Assembly: GCA_973895155.1 (NCBI GenBank)
Contig: OZ316897.1
Span: 9,013,832 to 9,077,831, forward strand
DNA: 64,000 nucleotides
Source: Marsupella aquatica
Lineage: Eukaryota > Plantae > Marchantiophyta
Direction of reading: 5' to 3'
A model generated the notes under the pieces. That model searched no databases, was not told where the DNA came from, and worked only from the letters and a program-made list of their open reading frames with translations. The position numbers were made by a program, and so were the translations under genes. Shown piece by piece: positions 1 to 11,800 of the stretch; the first letter of the stretch is position 1, and every line of letters starts with the position of its first letter.

Positions 1-1184
1 TTCTGACAAGAAACTCCTCATGAGATTTCCCATCACAAGATGTGAAATCAATCCCTTAACAGATCTACCATGACAGCCTAGCCAAGAGGTCTTGTCTGCA
101 GCTTTAGCTCAGGTCCAGTCTCATTCTTCCTATAAACCACCATCTGAGATTTTCTTAAAATTATGATTTGACATGTCTTACATGTAAAAATATCGGGAAA
201 CATATTTGAATCTGTTGAGGGCCTTTGCTCTAAACTTGTCAGGACTCTGTCAAAGGGCCTTTGCCCTCTTAGAAAAAGGTCCAAAAACAATGGAATCTGT
301 CAAGGGGGAAGGGGGCCTATGGCTCGCATGTGGTGCCAATTGGATATTCAGACTTTGTCAACCAAAACTATTGTCCATTTTAGCTTATATACTGGTCTTG
401 GGCAGAAAACTGAAAATCCTGATAAAGGTGTGGAGTAAACCACGTAGGAGAACCACAAAGAAGAATATGTCTAGAGGCTCTAAAACCAACTACCTCGGCT
501 CTCTGAAGGATAGTGAAAGACTATGCCCTTTGAAGTGCAATGGAACTCTCCCTCTAAAGAAGACCTAAGTTTTTGAGACCCAAATGTGTGACCATGGATA
601 CAAAGGAAACATACTATTTGATTTCAAAGAAAATTCTGAAAATAGTCCATCCTAGTTACTTGTTATGGTCCATCTGAGTTGTTTCCAAAACATTGTAGTC
701 AGGCCCAGCCTCTTTTTCTACAAAACAAGTTCAATCCCCATGCCTTGCACAGAAGATGTTGTTGCATAAAAGATTTGTTAAGTAAAAGATGTCGTTAAGT
801 CAAAAATGTCTTTTAGTAATAGATATTGCGCAATAGATATTGTTAAGTAAAAGAAGTTGTTGCAAAAAAGATGTTGTTAAGTATAAGATTTCAATTATCG
901 AAAAAAGATGATGATGTGCAAAAGATGTCTTTGTGTAAAATATGTCATTACACAACTATGTAAAAGAGGTTTTCATATGTGGTGGTCCCTTCACATATGC
1001 ATCCGTAAACCTTGCCACCCAAGCCTAGAGTAGTTTGGCCCCCAACGGGTCGCTATTTCATTCATATAGATATTCATTTTTGCAAGTATATTTTATTTCA
1101 GGGGATGTACTCATTTCATGGGAGTACCAAGGGGAGGGGCGAGCACACTCTCCTTGCATTGTGTGGCACATGGGGAGTACATTT

Positions 1185-1488
1185 TGTTAGATATTGCTCT
1201 TAGTCTTGTTGACTCATGAGCTAACTACAGTTAGTCTAACTCGGGTTAGGACTTAGCTAATGTTAGCGGTAGTGCTGTTGTGCATATAGCCAGGGCTGAT
1301 GCCAGACCCTGGTGGAACTTAGGCTCATTGTTACAGAGCTAGTTGAGAGATAGGGAGAGCTTGTGTTGTGGATGCTTGGTATGGCCGGTCGGCCTAGAGT
1401 GCAGTAAAGCTCTTGTGTGTTCCCGTGGACGTAGTCTCATGTGGAGGTGAACCACGTATCTCTCTGTGTCGACTATTGTGCGTTGGAT
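1185..1488 (+). repeat. 5' LTR, truncated at its 3' end
   Basis: 304 bp matching 4844-5147 with 6 transitions by my count; lacks the last 42 bp of the 3' LTR. Confidence 0.95.
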
Positions 1489-4400
1489 AATGCATGTACT
1501 TTTCACATTTGCTCTAGGAGAGGTTTTTTCAGTTCTTACACGGATTCCAATGGTTCAGTGTTGATGGGAAATGGAATCCCATGTCAAGTTGTTGGACTTA
1601 GATCTGTAAGATTTCATATGTTTGATGGTGCTGTAAGAACATTGAGAAATGTGAGATATATTCCCAGCATGATGAAAAATCTCATTTCACTTGGAGTTTT
1701 AGAAGCAAATGGCCATCAGTGGAGTTTTGCTAATGGTGTCCTTCAGGTTTCAACTAGAACTAAAGTTGTATTGAAGGGAAAGAGATATAGCAATCTATAC
1801 GTTTTGGAGGGCAATGTAGTTTGTGATGAAACCAATGTAACCTTATCTCATGAGGAGACGGCCTGGCTGTGGCACTTCCGTTTGGGCCACATGACTGAAA
1901 AAGGTTTGGTTATTCTTCAAAAAAAATGATTACTTTCTAATTTGCAATCTTGTAAGTTGGAATTTTGTGAGCACTGTGTGCTAGGGAAGCAGCACAGGAA
2001 ACCCTTCGGAGTTGGAACTCACACCAGCAAGGAGGTACTTGAGTATGTACATAGTGATGTGTGGGGTCTAGCCCCTACTCCCTCACATTCTGGACGATTA
2101 TACTATGTCACGTTCATAGACGATTACTCGAGGTATGTGTGGATATACTTTCTACACAGTAAGTCTGATATTTTTGCCACTTTTAAGGAGTAGAAAGCCC
2201 AAGTTGAGAATCAGACTGGTAATAAGATGAGATATCTTTGATCGGATAATGGCGGTGAATATAGTTTCGGGGAATTTGGAACGTATTGTAAGGAGCAAGG
2301 GATTACCCGCCATCTCACAACAAGTTATACTCCTCAACAGAATGGTGTTTCTGAGAGACTCAACCAAACACTATTGGACCGCTCAAGGAGTATGTTGAGT
2401 CAATCATGCTTACCACATGAGTTTTGGGCTGAAGCTGTCAACACTGCATCTTATTTGGTAAATTTTTCTCCATCCAGTTCTATTGGATTCAAGACGCCAT
2501 TTGAAATGAAGTACGGGCGTCCAGCAGAATACTCACATCTGAGGATTTTTGGATGTGATGCGTATGTGCTTACACCTTCCCAGCTTTGATCCAAGTTGGA
2601 GTCCAAGTTGAAGAAGTGCATTTTCCTTGGCTATCAGAAAGGTGTGAAGGGTCATAGGTTATGGGATCCAGTAACCTGTAAGTTAATTGTCAGTAGAGAT
2701 GTGTCCTTTAATGAGTCCAGATCATCAAAGGAGGGGGAGAGTTCTTAGGACTCCCATACTGACAAGGGGAAATCTCTCATCCCGGACCGGGTTGAGGGGG
2801 AGATTAGTCATGATGTTGTTCATGACAGGAGAGATGGAGAAGCTCCGGGCTTGGAGCTGGTTCCTGTGATGGAACAAGAGGAGCAGATTGTTGCTGGGGT
2901 ACCTCAAATTCAACCAGCAGCAGCAACAGATCAGTCTGAGTCATCTACTAGAAGAACTTCTAGTTGTTCTACTAGAGCTCCTACCAGGTATGGTCAATGG
3001 GCAGACTCATCTAAGCTAGATGATATTGACATTGCACCTGATGAAGATGATATGGCTTTGATCTTGGAAGAAGGAGAGTCTTCTTCGTACAGTGAGGCTT
3101 GTGCTTCAGAGCAGAAGCATGAGTGGAATGCAGCAATGCAGAGGGAGTTGCAATCTTTGAGTGACAACAAGACATGGGAGCTGGTGGAGCTTCCAAGAGG
3201 TCAGCAAGTGGTGGACAACAAGTGGATTTACAAGTTGAAAGACAGTCCTTCAAAGGGTGGAGATAAGATCTACAAGGCAAGGCTAGTTGCCAAGGGGTTC
3301 ACTCAGGAGAAAGGAGTGGACTACAACGAGGTCTTTTCACCGGTGGCTAAGTATTCCACAATTCGGATCTTGTGTCAGCTTGTTGTTTTTTGGTCCGGTG
3401 ATAGATCAGATGGATGTTGTTACTGCTTTTCTCTATGACAACTTGGAAAAGATGATCTTCATGAGACAGCCACTAGGCTTTATGAAGAAGGGCCAAGAGA
3501 ACTTAGTTTGCAGATTGCTCAAGTCCTTGTATGGATTGAAGCAATCTCCTAGACAGTGGAACAAGCGGTTTGATGATTTTGTGCTTGCTCAAGGTTTTAC
3601 AAGGATGGTGTATGATCTTTGTGTGTATACGAAATCAGTCAAGAATGATATGTTTGGTTTCATCATTTTGGTAATCTATGTGGATGACATGCTGATTGTG
3701 GCTAAAGATCAATCTGAGGTTGACTGTCTCAAGGCAAAATTGAGTGTTGAATTCAGGATGAAGGATCTTGGTAAGGCCAAGAGGATCTTAGGGATGAAGA
3801 TTTTTAGGAGCTTTGATACTGGACAGTTGTGTTTGAGTCAAGGCCACTATGCGAGGAAAGTACTTGCACGATTCAACATGAAAAACTGTAAGCCAATGAG
3901 TATTCCTTTAGCTTCACATTTCAAGTTATCATCGGCTTTCTCTCCTACGGATGCTGTGGAGAAAGGTCTGATGGCTAAGATTCCTTATGAGAAGGGAGTA
4001 GGCAGTCTGATGTATTTGATGACTTGTACTAGGCCTGACTTAACCCTAGCGATGGGCAAGGTTAGCAAATTCATGTCAAATCCAGGGAAGGTACATTGGG
4101 AAGCTGTGAAGTGGATTCTTAGGTATATGAAGGGAACACAGGACTATGGATTACTATTTGATAACAGATCAAATAGAGCGTTAGTTGGCTATGTAGATTG
4201 TGACTATGGAGGCTGTCTGGATACAAGGAGGTCTACAACTGGGTTTGTATACACTCTTGGAGGAGGATGTATCAGTTGGAAATCTACCTTGCAAAAGTGC
4301 TTTTTTCTCAGTCTACTACAGAAGCAGAGTATGTTGCAGCAGCAGAAGCAGCAAATGAAGCAATTTGGTTGGACAAGTTGATCGCGGAGATGGGTTTAGA

Positions 4401-4641
4401 GCATGGCAAAATGACTCTAAACTGTGATAGTCAGAGTGCTCTTCACTTGGCTGCTAACCAGGTGATGGATAGCAAGGTGAAGCACATTGATATCAGGTAC
4501 CATTTTATCAGGCAGACAGTGTCTGATAAAACTTTTGAGCTAGTCAAGATTGATGGAAAGTTCAATCCCGCTGATGCCTTTACCAAAGTGATTCCATTGG
4601 AGAGTTTCTCAAGACACCGTGCTACTTTGCAGGTTTTGTAG
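1483..4641 (+). pseudogene. Disrupted copia pol (protease, GAG-pre-integrase, integrase, RT, RNase H)
   Basis: Motifs LDNACTFHIC, LWHFRLGHM/CEHC, VHSDVWG..FIDDYSR, YKARLVAKGF, LKSLYGLKQSPRQW, YVDD, STTEAEY, KHIDIRYHFIR. In-frame stops (e.g. 1927, 2191, 2587) and frameshifts (~3390, ~4305). Confidence 0.95.
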
Positions 4642-4820
4642 TTGTAGTGCAAGTAGAGTTATTTAGCAATATGTGACTATTTGTATATGAATTACTCATT
4701 CCAGTTTGGCTACGGCTTAGTTCTAGTTAACCCTTATGGTTTTTAGGGGAAGACCTGATTTGGTGATTGTCTAGAACTTCCCGCTGAGTATTCCATATGA
4801 TTGCAATTAGTCCAGTCCCC

Positions 4821-4843
4821 AAGACAAGAGTCAAGGGGGACTT
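4821..4843 (+). other. Polypurine tract of the copia element
   Basis: AAGACAAGAGTCAAGGGGGA just before the 3' LTR TG. Confidence 0.8.
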
Positions 4844-5189
4844 TGTTAAATATTGCTCTTAGTCTTGTTGACTCATGAGCTAACTACAATTAGTCTAACT
4901 CGGGTTAGGACTTAGCTAATGTTAGCGGTAGTGCTGTTGTGCATATAGCCAGGGCTGATGCCAGACCCTGGTGGAACTTAGGCTCATTGTTACGGAGCTA
5001 GTTGAGAGATAGGGAGAGCTTGTGTTGTGGATGCTTGGTATGGCCGGTCGGCCTAGAGTGCAGTAAAGCTCTTGTGTGTTCCCGTGGACGTAGCCTCATG
5101 TGGAGGTGAATCACGTATCTCTCTATGTCGACTATTGTGCGTTGGATGGTTCATGGGCTTGCCGTTACGAATGTCGTCTATGCTCAACA
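4844..5189 (+). repeat. 3' LTR, complete (346 bp)
   Basis: Starts TGTTAAATATTGC, ends GCTCAACA, followed by the TSD CATTT. Confidence 0.95.
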
Positions 5190-6126
5190 CATTTGGGTAC
5201 AGGCAAATACAAAGAAGAGAGTAGTGGGGGCTTGGATCAGTGACTGTACCTGCACAGACAATGAGGAGATAGAAGGGAGGGGCTGTACTTTCAAGTACAC
5301 TCATGAGGATGAAGAAGGATGCTCCCCCTCTCTGTTTTGCCATGGTTTGTTTTTTACTATCTCTTCTAAATTTGCTTTCCTAATTTTCTTTGGCATGCAA
5401 AATGCTAAAATTTGTAAGATAACCACTCTAAAAATGGGAGGTCCCTCTTATTATACTTTAAAAGTGAGAGCACCTGGTGCTTTCACTTTAAAAACAAATT
5501 CAATCAATTATTAATATTTCACTTTAGCACCAGGTGTGCAACCTTGGTGCAGAACATGATGCACGGTCACACTCAGTCACTCGCCTATGATTCTACCAAC
5601 TGGCATTGCAATACATTGGTAGCTCATGCGTCCATGCTCCCTCTTGATTATTGTGGTTAATTAAGTCCTAACTCAACTGTGCTGCTGGACCATCCCTCTT
5701 ACACATAACCCTAGTGCCATTCTAATTGTGGAAAAATAATGATTTGACTGGCAACATATTTAGGGATCCTTGTGAAACTTCCCAAATAATGCTATCCAGA
5801 TTTTAGGAAGATTCTAGAGATCCTGATGTAAAAGTTTACTTTTGGGGGTCAAGATTCTTTCTAGAGTTAAAATATGAAACAGGGTGAATAATATTCTGGC
5901 CTTTTGCTATAACCTAAAAATTATTATTATTTATTATTTTTCAAAAACATTGTTCTTAGGCAGTGTGATATATAGTATAATTATTGTGATCATGAATGCA
6001 AATTGTCGGCTGAGGGGGAGGTACAGGAGGCAAGAGGACGAGCATACACAAAACAAGTAACACAAAATGAGTGTCACTGATATTTGGTTTTATATTGAGT
6101 AACTATTTGGAAATTAACAGAGTTGT

Positions 6127-6200
6127 GGAGATAGCCTAGTAGTTAGAGCCTTGGCTTTTGTGAAGGAGGTATCAATGTGGTTTAATCCCTGATTGTACAA
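6127..6200 (+). mobile_element. Possible tRNA-derived SINE head, degenerate
   Basis: A-box-like TAGCCTAGTAG (6132-6142) and B-box-like GGTTTAATCCC (6179-6189) at tRNA-like spacing; no cloverleaf or TSD seen. Confidence 0.3.
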
Positions 6201-6471
6201 AGATTTTCCTGTTTCACTTCTCAGTTAAAATCTCAGTTGACAACTTTGACTACCTCGAGTAGAAAATAGTCAAGACGTCATGGTGATCCTGAGTATGACA
6301 TGAAGTTTTGATGTCTTTCAGGTTCAAGGTTGTCAAGTCATCAATTTATCGAGTAAACCAGTTAGGTAATGTAATTGAACCAGCTGCAAAAGGTAAAGGA
6401 GACCATTTACAGGTCACATTTCAGTCAAAAATGTAAACAATGTTATCTGAGCTAGTTAAAAGTTCTAAGCA

Positions 6472-6521
6472 AGTCCATCCAAGCTTTGCCAGTCCATCCA
6501 AGCTTTGCCAGTCCATCCAAG
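6472..6521. repeat. 19-bp tandem repeat (AGTCCATCCAAGCTTTGCC) x~2.6
   Basis: Direct reading. Confidence 0.9.
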
Positions 6522-6749
6522 CGCTTCATAGACAAAATGGAGGTCCATCCAGGCTTTAGTTTCACACTCGGGCTTCAATTTCAGGGAAAACTCTCAAAAA
6601 CGAAAAAACTTATAATAGAAATTAAACCTTCTGTGTGGTTTTACACGTGTCATGCTTACACAGTACAGGAGTGATCAATCAGCAAAACACGGATTATTTG
6701 GCGCGTCGCCGTACTGTAGTACTGTCGTTCGAATCAATCCGATAAACAT

Positions 6750-7052
6750 GTGTTTTGGAGGCTTCCAAAGGAAATCATTCGCTTCCATAGTTCCATGGAG
6801 AGAAGAGAACATCAGAGCGCAGACGAGCGAGCATCAGCACCAGCGAATCAACGAACAACGAAAGCAAAAAATTCCGTGAGGAGGTGGAATCAATGAGTGA
6901 ATGAATGGCGTGTTTCGGAGGCTGCAAAAAGAAATCATTCCCTTCCATTCCGGGCAAAGCGCAGACGAGCGAGCTTCAGCACAGCAGCGAACAGAGAAAG
7001 CAAGAATTCCGTGAGGTGGTGGATTCAGTCAATGAATGAATGAGTGAATGCC
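6750..7052. repeat. Diverged tandem duplication, ~150-bp units
   Basis: Shared blocks GAAATCATTC, AGCGCAGACGAGCGAGC and AATTCCGTGAGG in 6750-6910 and 6911-7052. Confidence 0.85.
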
Positions 7053-8830
7053 AATCGGATGATGATGCTGTGTAATTCTCCAAGGACGCCACCGAAAGAA
7101 GGAACTCAACAAGCGGAGTAGGACTGGAGAGGTGGTTGTTGGAAAACGGATAGGAACCCGGAAACGGATAGCTCGGAGGACTCATCCAGCCTGCCGTGTG
7201 ACGCATGCTGAAGTGGAAGGATGGAATGACCGATTGATTGATTCGATTCGCTTACTATAATACTGTAATGCTCGTCGGCTTTGTCTTTCCCGTGCTTTGA
7301 TTTGATTGGCTTGCCTGAATCGGACATCTGTGCTCTTGAGAATCAATGTAGTCTCCCTGTAATACTTGCTCACTGGCTTTGTCCGTGCCATCCTTCCTGT
7401 TTTTTCCCTCCCCTGCTGGTCAATCGGATATCTATGCTCTTCAAATTCAATGAGCTCATCCAGTTCAGTTTCGCTCAATTTTGTGGTGCAACTCATGATG
7501 AAGTGGATGGAGTGACCGATTGATTCCCCTTACAAGTATTGCTTGCTTCCCTTCCTGCCCGGCCCCAGCACAAGCGGAGATCTGTGCCCTTGAAAGTCAA
7601 TGGAGTAATCTAATTTTGGACTCGCTAAAGTCTATGTTTCTACTCTGGAGAGTGGTACCACGTCACGTAATCATCCGGTGTGAATTTTGTAGTTTGCCGA
7701 GAATGGAGGTGCACTGCGGCAATTAAAATGAGGAGTTTGTCGTTAAGAGGAAGGCCGACGCTTTCGAGTCCAATTGTCGACTGTCAAGTGACCTCTCTTG
7801 GCCGCAATGAGCTGGTGGTATCGGACGACTAAGTGGAGCCGCTTTCTTGAAATGGCCCCCTTGACTGATGCACGTACTACACCTGAGGAAGGTCCAATTT
7901 AGAGCGATCGCACTGCAGGATACGGACTCGAATCAATTATCTGGAACTCGTTGGTCCGAAGTATATTTTACAGTTTGCAAATATTGTTCTGGCGAGGACT
8001 ATCTAGACGGAAAGAAAGAAAGACAAGATTCGGTGGGGAGGCAATTGCCTTCATTGATATCCGGATCTTACCCTCTTGTTCTCCCTCGGTACGTTGCCAA
8101 GCAGGGCTCAAGTTTCTCTCTTCCGGAGGATTCGAAATTAGGCAATGCTCAATGTTTAAACATTTGTTCTTGTGGCAGTCTATCAATTAGCTCGGGGAGG
8201 TAGTCGGTGGGCATGTTATTCAGTGAATTTCAATTAGCCTGATGGCACATTGCGAAATGTGAGCGTCCTTTTGAAGAGTCGCCCTTTTTAAACGACACTT
8301 GATCAACTGATTGGTCACCGAGACTTTTTCGGATTGAAGTTGGTATACGTTTACATGATCATACACAGCTCAGAAGCTCACGAGATGAATAATGATCCGT
8401 CTGTTGAGGGAAATTCGCTTCAAATCCCAGTTGCGTATATCATATACGATTAGTATCACTTCTTGCTTACCTACGACAACATGTGCTGAGTAAAGGCGTT
8501 TCACTGCCTCCTCTGACAGCTTAGCTCCTCTCTTTAAGGTTCTCTTGCTTGTAAGGATCAGTCCTATTGGAAAGTTCATCAAACAGAGACGAAAATCTCA
8601 TTTGCTATATTTATTGGCTACTTGAAGAGCTTCCAATTGTCTTATTGCATTCATACCTCGGTTGCTTCCGATAGAACCGCTTAGGGATTTCTGTCCCTTG
8701 ACACGACTGGGGCCTAGCGGACTTCAATATCGAGTAAATCATGCGTGTGGATTTCAATTTTCAATATTTGTGAGCCTGAGTTAGTTTGCATTGAACTGTG
8801 AGCTGTCTTCTCTGTGCAGAGAGAATTATC

Positions 8831-11800
8831 ATGGCTGGTGGGAAGATAGTGACATTGCTGGGTGTCGGCGAATTTGGGGTCCCCGTTGCCTCCAACCTTC
8901 TGCATGCAGGATTCACAGTACGAGGATTCGATGTGAGTCAAACATTACGTCAAAATTCTTCCTGTGTTAACTTGGAAACTCAGTTTTATAGAAGATCTAT
9001 GTGTTGTCGTGCGGTCTACCTTTGCCTTGTGTAATGTTTGAAGCGACAAGTATAATGCAGTGATTCAGACGAACTAATTGCGCTAAGGACGTCTACGGTG
9101 TACTTAAAAATATCTTTGTATTAGCTTCTGATGGTGGCTGCTCGACCTCAGCTTTATTTCATTAGTCGGTGTAGCTGGGGCAGCTGTTTGAATGTGTCTG
9201 TGGACGGTCGAGAGGGAGTCGAGAGGGATTGGCCCCTCTGTGGTTTGCGGAAATTCGGGGAGGGCAATGGCATTGAGAAAAATAAAATTGAAGCACGCGG
9301 AAAACATCAGGCGGAGCGTTCAATCCGCATGATGCAAATAAGGGAATTCGGATCAGTTACATATTCTCATAGCAATTTTTTTCCTTCTCACCATCCATTG
9401 TGAGGGTTTGGATCTGAGATGCTCCTCGGTTATCATGCGAGCTCCAAAAACTCCGAGTCAGGTTTTCCTCTGTAGCAGCAGGGCCTCTGTCCGTTGCAGT
9501 ACCATTTGAAAGCACCGGCGATATCAAATATTTCTTCGATTGCTTCTGACGCTTCCAGTCAACTTCATGAACAGGTTTCTGAACCGGTTCTGGGGGCCCT
9601 CAACTCTGTAATCAAAACCAAGAGTAGCTCTTTTGCTGTTGCATCCAAAGGTAAAGAGATTATGATTGCCATGATTTCCAATATGGTAGTCTTCATACAT
9701 TCAACGAACGAGACCTGAATGTACCCTCCTTGGTAGTCAGCTGAAAACTTCTCTCTAGTTGCAATCTCCTACCTCTTTTTCCCTACACATGACCCAGGCC
9801 TTAGTCTGTGTAGAAAAATTCTCTTCATTGTTCGTATGTGTGCCTCAGTGCACTTTACTTGCTGAATTCTTGGCGTTTTTCGGCGTCAGGTGGGGAGGTT
9901 CTATGGAATGTTTTGATGTCTGTGATACAAGTTAGCATTCTTACGCAACATGGTTACTCTATCGTGTCTTGCGAACAGATGCAAATGTCTTATTGGTGAT
10001 GAGCTCTTGTCCCACTTTAGTAGGAAATCTTGGACTTGCCACAGACTCTGCAATCTCAGGTAAGATTTAACCACCCCAAGAGCGTTTATAAGTATTAGGT
10101 GTCTTAAAGGTGAATGTCTATGACTGAATAGATTTCAAACTCTATGGTAGATAGAACAAGAATATTAACGAATGTTTGAGAGCATTGTTAGTCTTCTTTA
10201 TTATGGCTTGATTCTGGTTATTTTGAATATAATTACTGCAGCATTGTCTCATGGGGCCATAGTTTTTCTATGCTCGACAATAGCACCCAGCAGTCTCGTT
10301 AAAGTCAAGCAACGCATATCAGGTAACTTCAATCTGATGCCAGTTCAAAATGCGTGTGATAATATCGATATAGTGTCTGCCTGTGGATTTAGTGAGAATT
10401 AAGGAAAATGTGGCTCGTCTCTAATGTAATTTTGGAAGAAGTCTTCTTCCTTCGTGTGCGCACATCTTGATCTCTGGTACGTCTATCCCATTATGTGCAG
10501 AGGAGAGGAAAGATTTGCTTTGGGTGGATGCGCCTATTTCTAGAACGTTGGATGGCAAACTCAGGGTATGCATTGCTTGCCAGAGCCTGCTTGCCTTTCA
10601 AGAAATTAGATTATTTGAAGACAGGTTCTGATGCACTTTTTGACAGATAGATACTGATCTTCTGGAAAATTTGTAAACTTGACTGGTCCCGTCCTTCACC
10701 TGTATGACTACTATAAGTCTTATGATGGCAGCTTCTCAGGCACAGTTTCCGCTTTTGGGTATCATTGGTCCATTCGATTGAGATGTCTTGGAATGTATGA
10801 TGATATTATACAACTCCTGGAAAAGATGCTAAGCTGCTACCTAAACAAATGTTGTCTGGAATCTTAACAATGTTCTCAAAGGTCATAGCGTCAGGGAACG
10901 ATGAGGCAATGCTCAGAGGTCAAGCTGTTCTCTCTGGTACGCTTCAGGCTATGACTGTCGCCTTTGAAAATCCTCGAGTTACCCTATAGTTTGGGCAAGT
11001 TAGAACTTTGTGGAAGAAAATTGTGTAGGTCTTGTCCTTACAATCTTAGAAGTGGCCCATCAAATATTTCTTGGAAGTACATCATTTCTGGCCGATTGAA
11101 GTCGATTATATTGTGTGTAGCCATAAGTGGAGACTATGGCGTTATCAACGGGGAGCTGGGCGTAAGCTGGTACAGAGGACGACTGTCAATCTTTTGAGCT
11201 AGGCAGGAGATGTGGCTGTGGAGGTTTTGCCTCATAAAAAATTCAAAGTATCGTTGTAGAGGCATTGACGATTAGCTGTCACATATTTGGGATTCCACAT
11301 GAACTACACATCATATTCTCAATCTGTGATAGTTTGTTCGTTATGGAATGCATAAAGTTGCATCGCTTACACTAGTTTCGTGGACACCCATTAATATTGA
11401 GAAGAACTCCATATAGCTTGCGTGATCAGAAGCTGAAAATTTTAGTTGGGGATAGAAGATTCTCCAGTTCAGAATAGCCCACACAATTTAATGTCGTGTG
11501 ATTGTGATACATTTGAATTTCTATCATCAGCCGGGCCTGATCATCATCCTCTGGTTGGAGAGCAGCAAATTGAACACGGTCAAGAATGTCCTGGTTGGGA
11601 TACACTTGGCAGTGGCAGCAGAAGCCATGGCTCTGGGAGCATCCGCCGGTCTCAATACAGCAATACTTTACGATATCATTAGCACTGCTGCTGGAAGCTC
11701 CAAGTAAGGGATTTTCTTGTGATAAATACTTTGAAAACTCTCCGACATTTCATGCAGAGAGTTCTCTTCTAAAATCCACAAGAAAGACATGACAAACGCC

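Larger units (their letters stand above)
1185..5189 (+). mobile_element. Ty1/copia LTR retrotransposon, internally deleted (no PBS or gag) and degenerate
   Basis: TGTT...AACA termini; 5-bp TSD CATTT at 1180-1184 and 5190-5194; paired LTRs; pol order protease-integrase-RT-RNase H; purine tract before the 3' LTR. Confidence 0.97.
726..5465 (-). mobile_element. Degenerate non-autonomous Helitron-like element interrupted by the copia insertion
   Basis: 725-760 resembles the Helitron 3' end at 40067-40100 (ACAAGTTCAATCCCCATGCCTTGCAC vs ACTAGCTCAATACCTGTGCGTTACAC), followed by AAAAGATGTYGT-type repeats; 5380-5455 resembles 41200-41270 (AACCACTCTAAAAA..TATTATA). Boundaries approximate. Confidence 0.55.

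Noticed and set aside
6127-6200. tRNA gene
   Set aside because: A/B-box-like motifs are present but no acceptor stem or cloverleaf forms; kept only as a weak SINE-like call.
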